A stretch of DNA of 64,000 bases from Bugula neritina. Taxonomy: Eukaryota > Animalia > Bryozoa. The notes under the pieces were generated by a model. The model was given only the letters and a program-made list of their open reading frames with translations. It was not told where the DNA came from and ran no database searches. A program made the position numbers and the translations under genes. The stretch spans positions 22,494,767 to 22,558,766 of the forward strand of contig OZ037766.1 of assembly GCA_964035545.1 (NCBI GenBank). Reading direction: 5' to 3'. Numbering within the stretch: the first letter of the stretch is position 1; every line of letters starts with the position of its first letter. This document shows, piece after piece, positions 62,553 through 64,000 of the stretch.

Positions 62553-64000
62553 TTCCTATTGATTATAATTGAAATATCGTTATTGCTATGAGTATGAACA
62601 TTAATTATAATTAATTTTGTATTTGAAATTAATGTAGAACTTTAAAACTAACAGCATGAATACAAATTTGCCTGAAATATAAGTGATAATTGATAACTGT
62701 ATTGTAATAAAAAGGCAACACTGGATCAAGTCAGCAAATTAAATCAATAGCTAACCAAGTCAAGTCATTAGGATTGTCTGTCGAGAAAAAAGTTTTGAAG
62801 TTTAATGATAGCTACTATAAGTGGTTTGACTAAAAGTGGATAGTCATGACTTGACTCTGGGTGGACTCGGGTCAACAGATTTAATAATAAACGTCTTTCC
62901 TTTACTTAGACTAAACTTGCAAGTTAGACCTCTTATATATCTACACAGTAAGCCCTTCACTTCAAATCAACCCTGACTAGACTAATACCAATGTGAGAAT
63001 ATGAATGGCAGTGGAATAAATGTGCAATGCAGAAGCTAAGTAATATTGGTTTGTCTATTAAAGGTATCGAAGCCTTCTTGCTTTATATGCATTCGAAAGT
63101 GTTAGTTCTGCTATTTTTTACGGAAACTAAAGCAATTTTTTGCATAGTAACTACTGGTTCTAAAATTTCCAATGGTGGATTTAAAAAAAAAAATCATGGT
63201 GCATCCTATTTACTGCAGCAATCAATAGGACATAATATTCACACTGAATGCTGCAATACTATGCTACATGGTAAGAATAGTTAATAATTGTTACTATAGA
63301 CTTTCTGCTAGCTAGCATCTTTAGCATTAGAGAGCTGAAGGTTACCCTAATCTCTTTCTGCAAGAATACGTACAGTCAAAAAAACATGGATACAGAAATG
63401 AATTATACCAACATGGTACATGATGCATTTTATAATAAATTTTACAAGTATGCATGTTTTCTTAGAATAAGAATACCAAAAAACATGCTTTGTGCAGAAT
63501 ACCTTAAACAAGAGCACAGCATACTTAAAATGAGAACAACATACCAATGCCATTTTTTTCATATATGTGCAGTTCTTTACATCCTTTTCTCTAATTTATA
63601 TTATAAGTTTTGCTTTATCACTACTACTATATGCAGTCAAGTACTGTGCAAAAGTATGTATAACAGTTTGACAAATAATGTAAATTTTATTGAGAATTGC
63701 AGGAGAGTTTTTTCTCTGCATGTATTTATTTTTACTGCCAGAATAAGCAATGATCTGCAAGTTATAAAGATACATAAAACTTACATCATTGTTATACATG
63801 AATTGTGGATATCCATATAAAATAACATTTAGATTTAAATCAACATGGAGATTGCAATGAATTTACAGATTTAAAGTAAATCAACCTGCAGTGTTGCAAA
63901 AATTAGCATAAATGTGAATGTAACTAAATGAGCTCACACTTGAACTTTATACAAGTCCTCCATCACTGTTACCAGACAATTAAGTAATCAAAAGTCCTCA

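Noticed and set aside
63386-63820. 144-aa ORF near the right edge
   Set aside because: AT-rich, no recognisable motif, and no consistent splice model with upstream candidate exons.

Overview
AT-rich, intron-rich genomic DNA from an invertebrate animal; the species cannot be fixed from sequence alone. I spliced the genes by hand and checked intron phases. About 0.8-48.5 kb is a tandem array of Golgi type II carbohydrate sulfotransferase paralogues: four apparently intact 13-exon genes, A(+), B(-), C(-) and D(+), of roughly 600-650 aa, plus one rearranged fragment at the left edge. Each gene encodes a signal anchor, a degenerate WSC-like domain, further Cys-rich modules and a CHST1/CHST3-type PAPS-binding catalytic domain. 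The paralogues show patchwork, exon-limited homogenisation, and A and B share a GC-AG intron. The array ends tail-to-tail with a 6-exon syndecan gene (50.6-59.6 kb, minus strand). Its ectodomain carries a thyroglobulin type-1-like (CWCVD) exon, and its C-terminus is EVYA. A possible unidentified gene starts head-to-head at about 60.3 kb. Mobile DNA includes a decayed Penelope-like element between (TA)n tracts with inverted terminal repeats carrying hammerhead ribozyme motifs, a separate intact hammerhead element, a tRNA-Thr-derived SINE family, a solo LTR, several MITE/foldback elements and an RTE-like fragment. An orphan antisense exon sits in an expanded intron of gene C.
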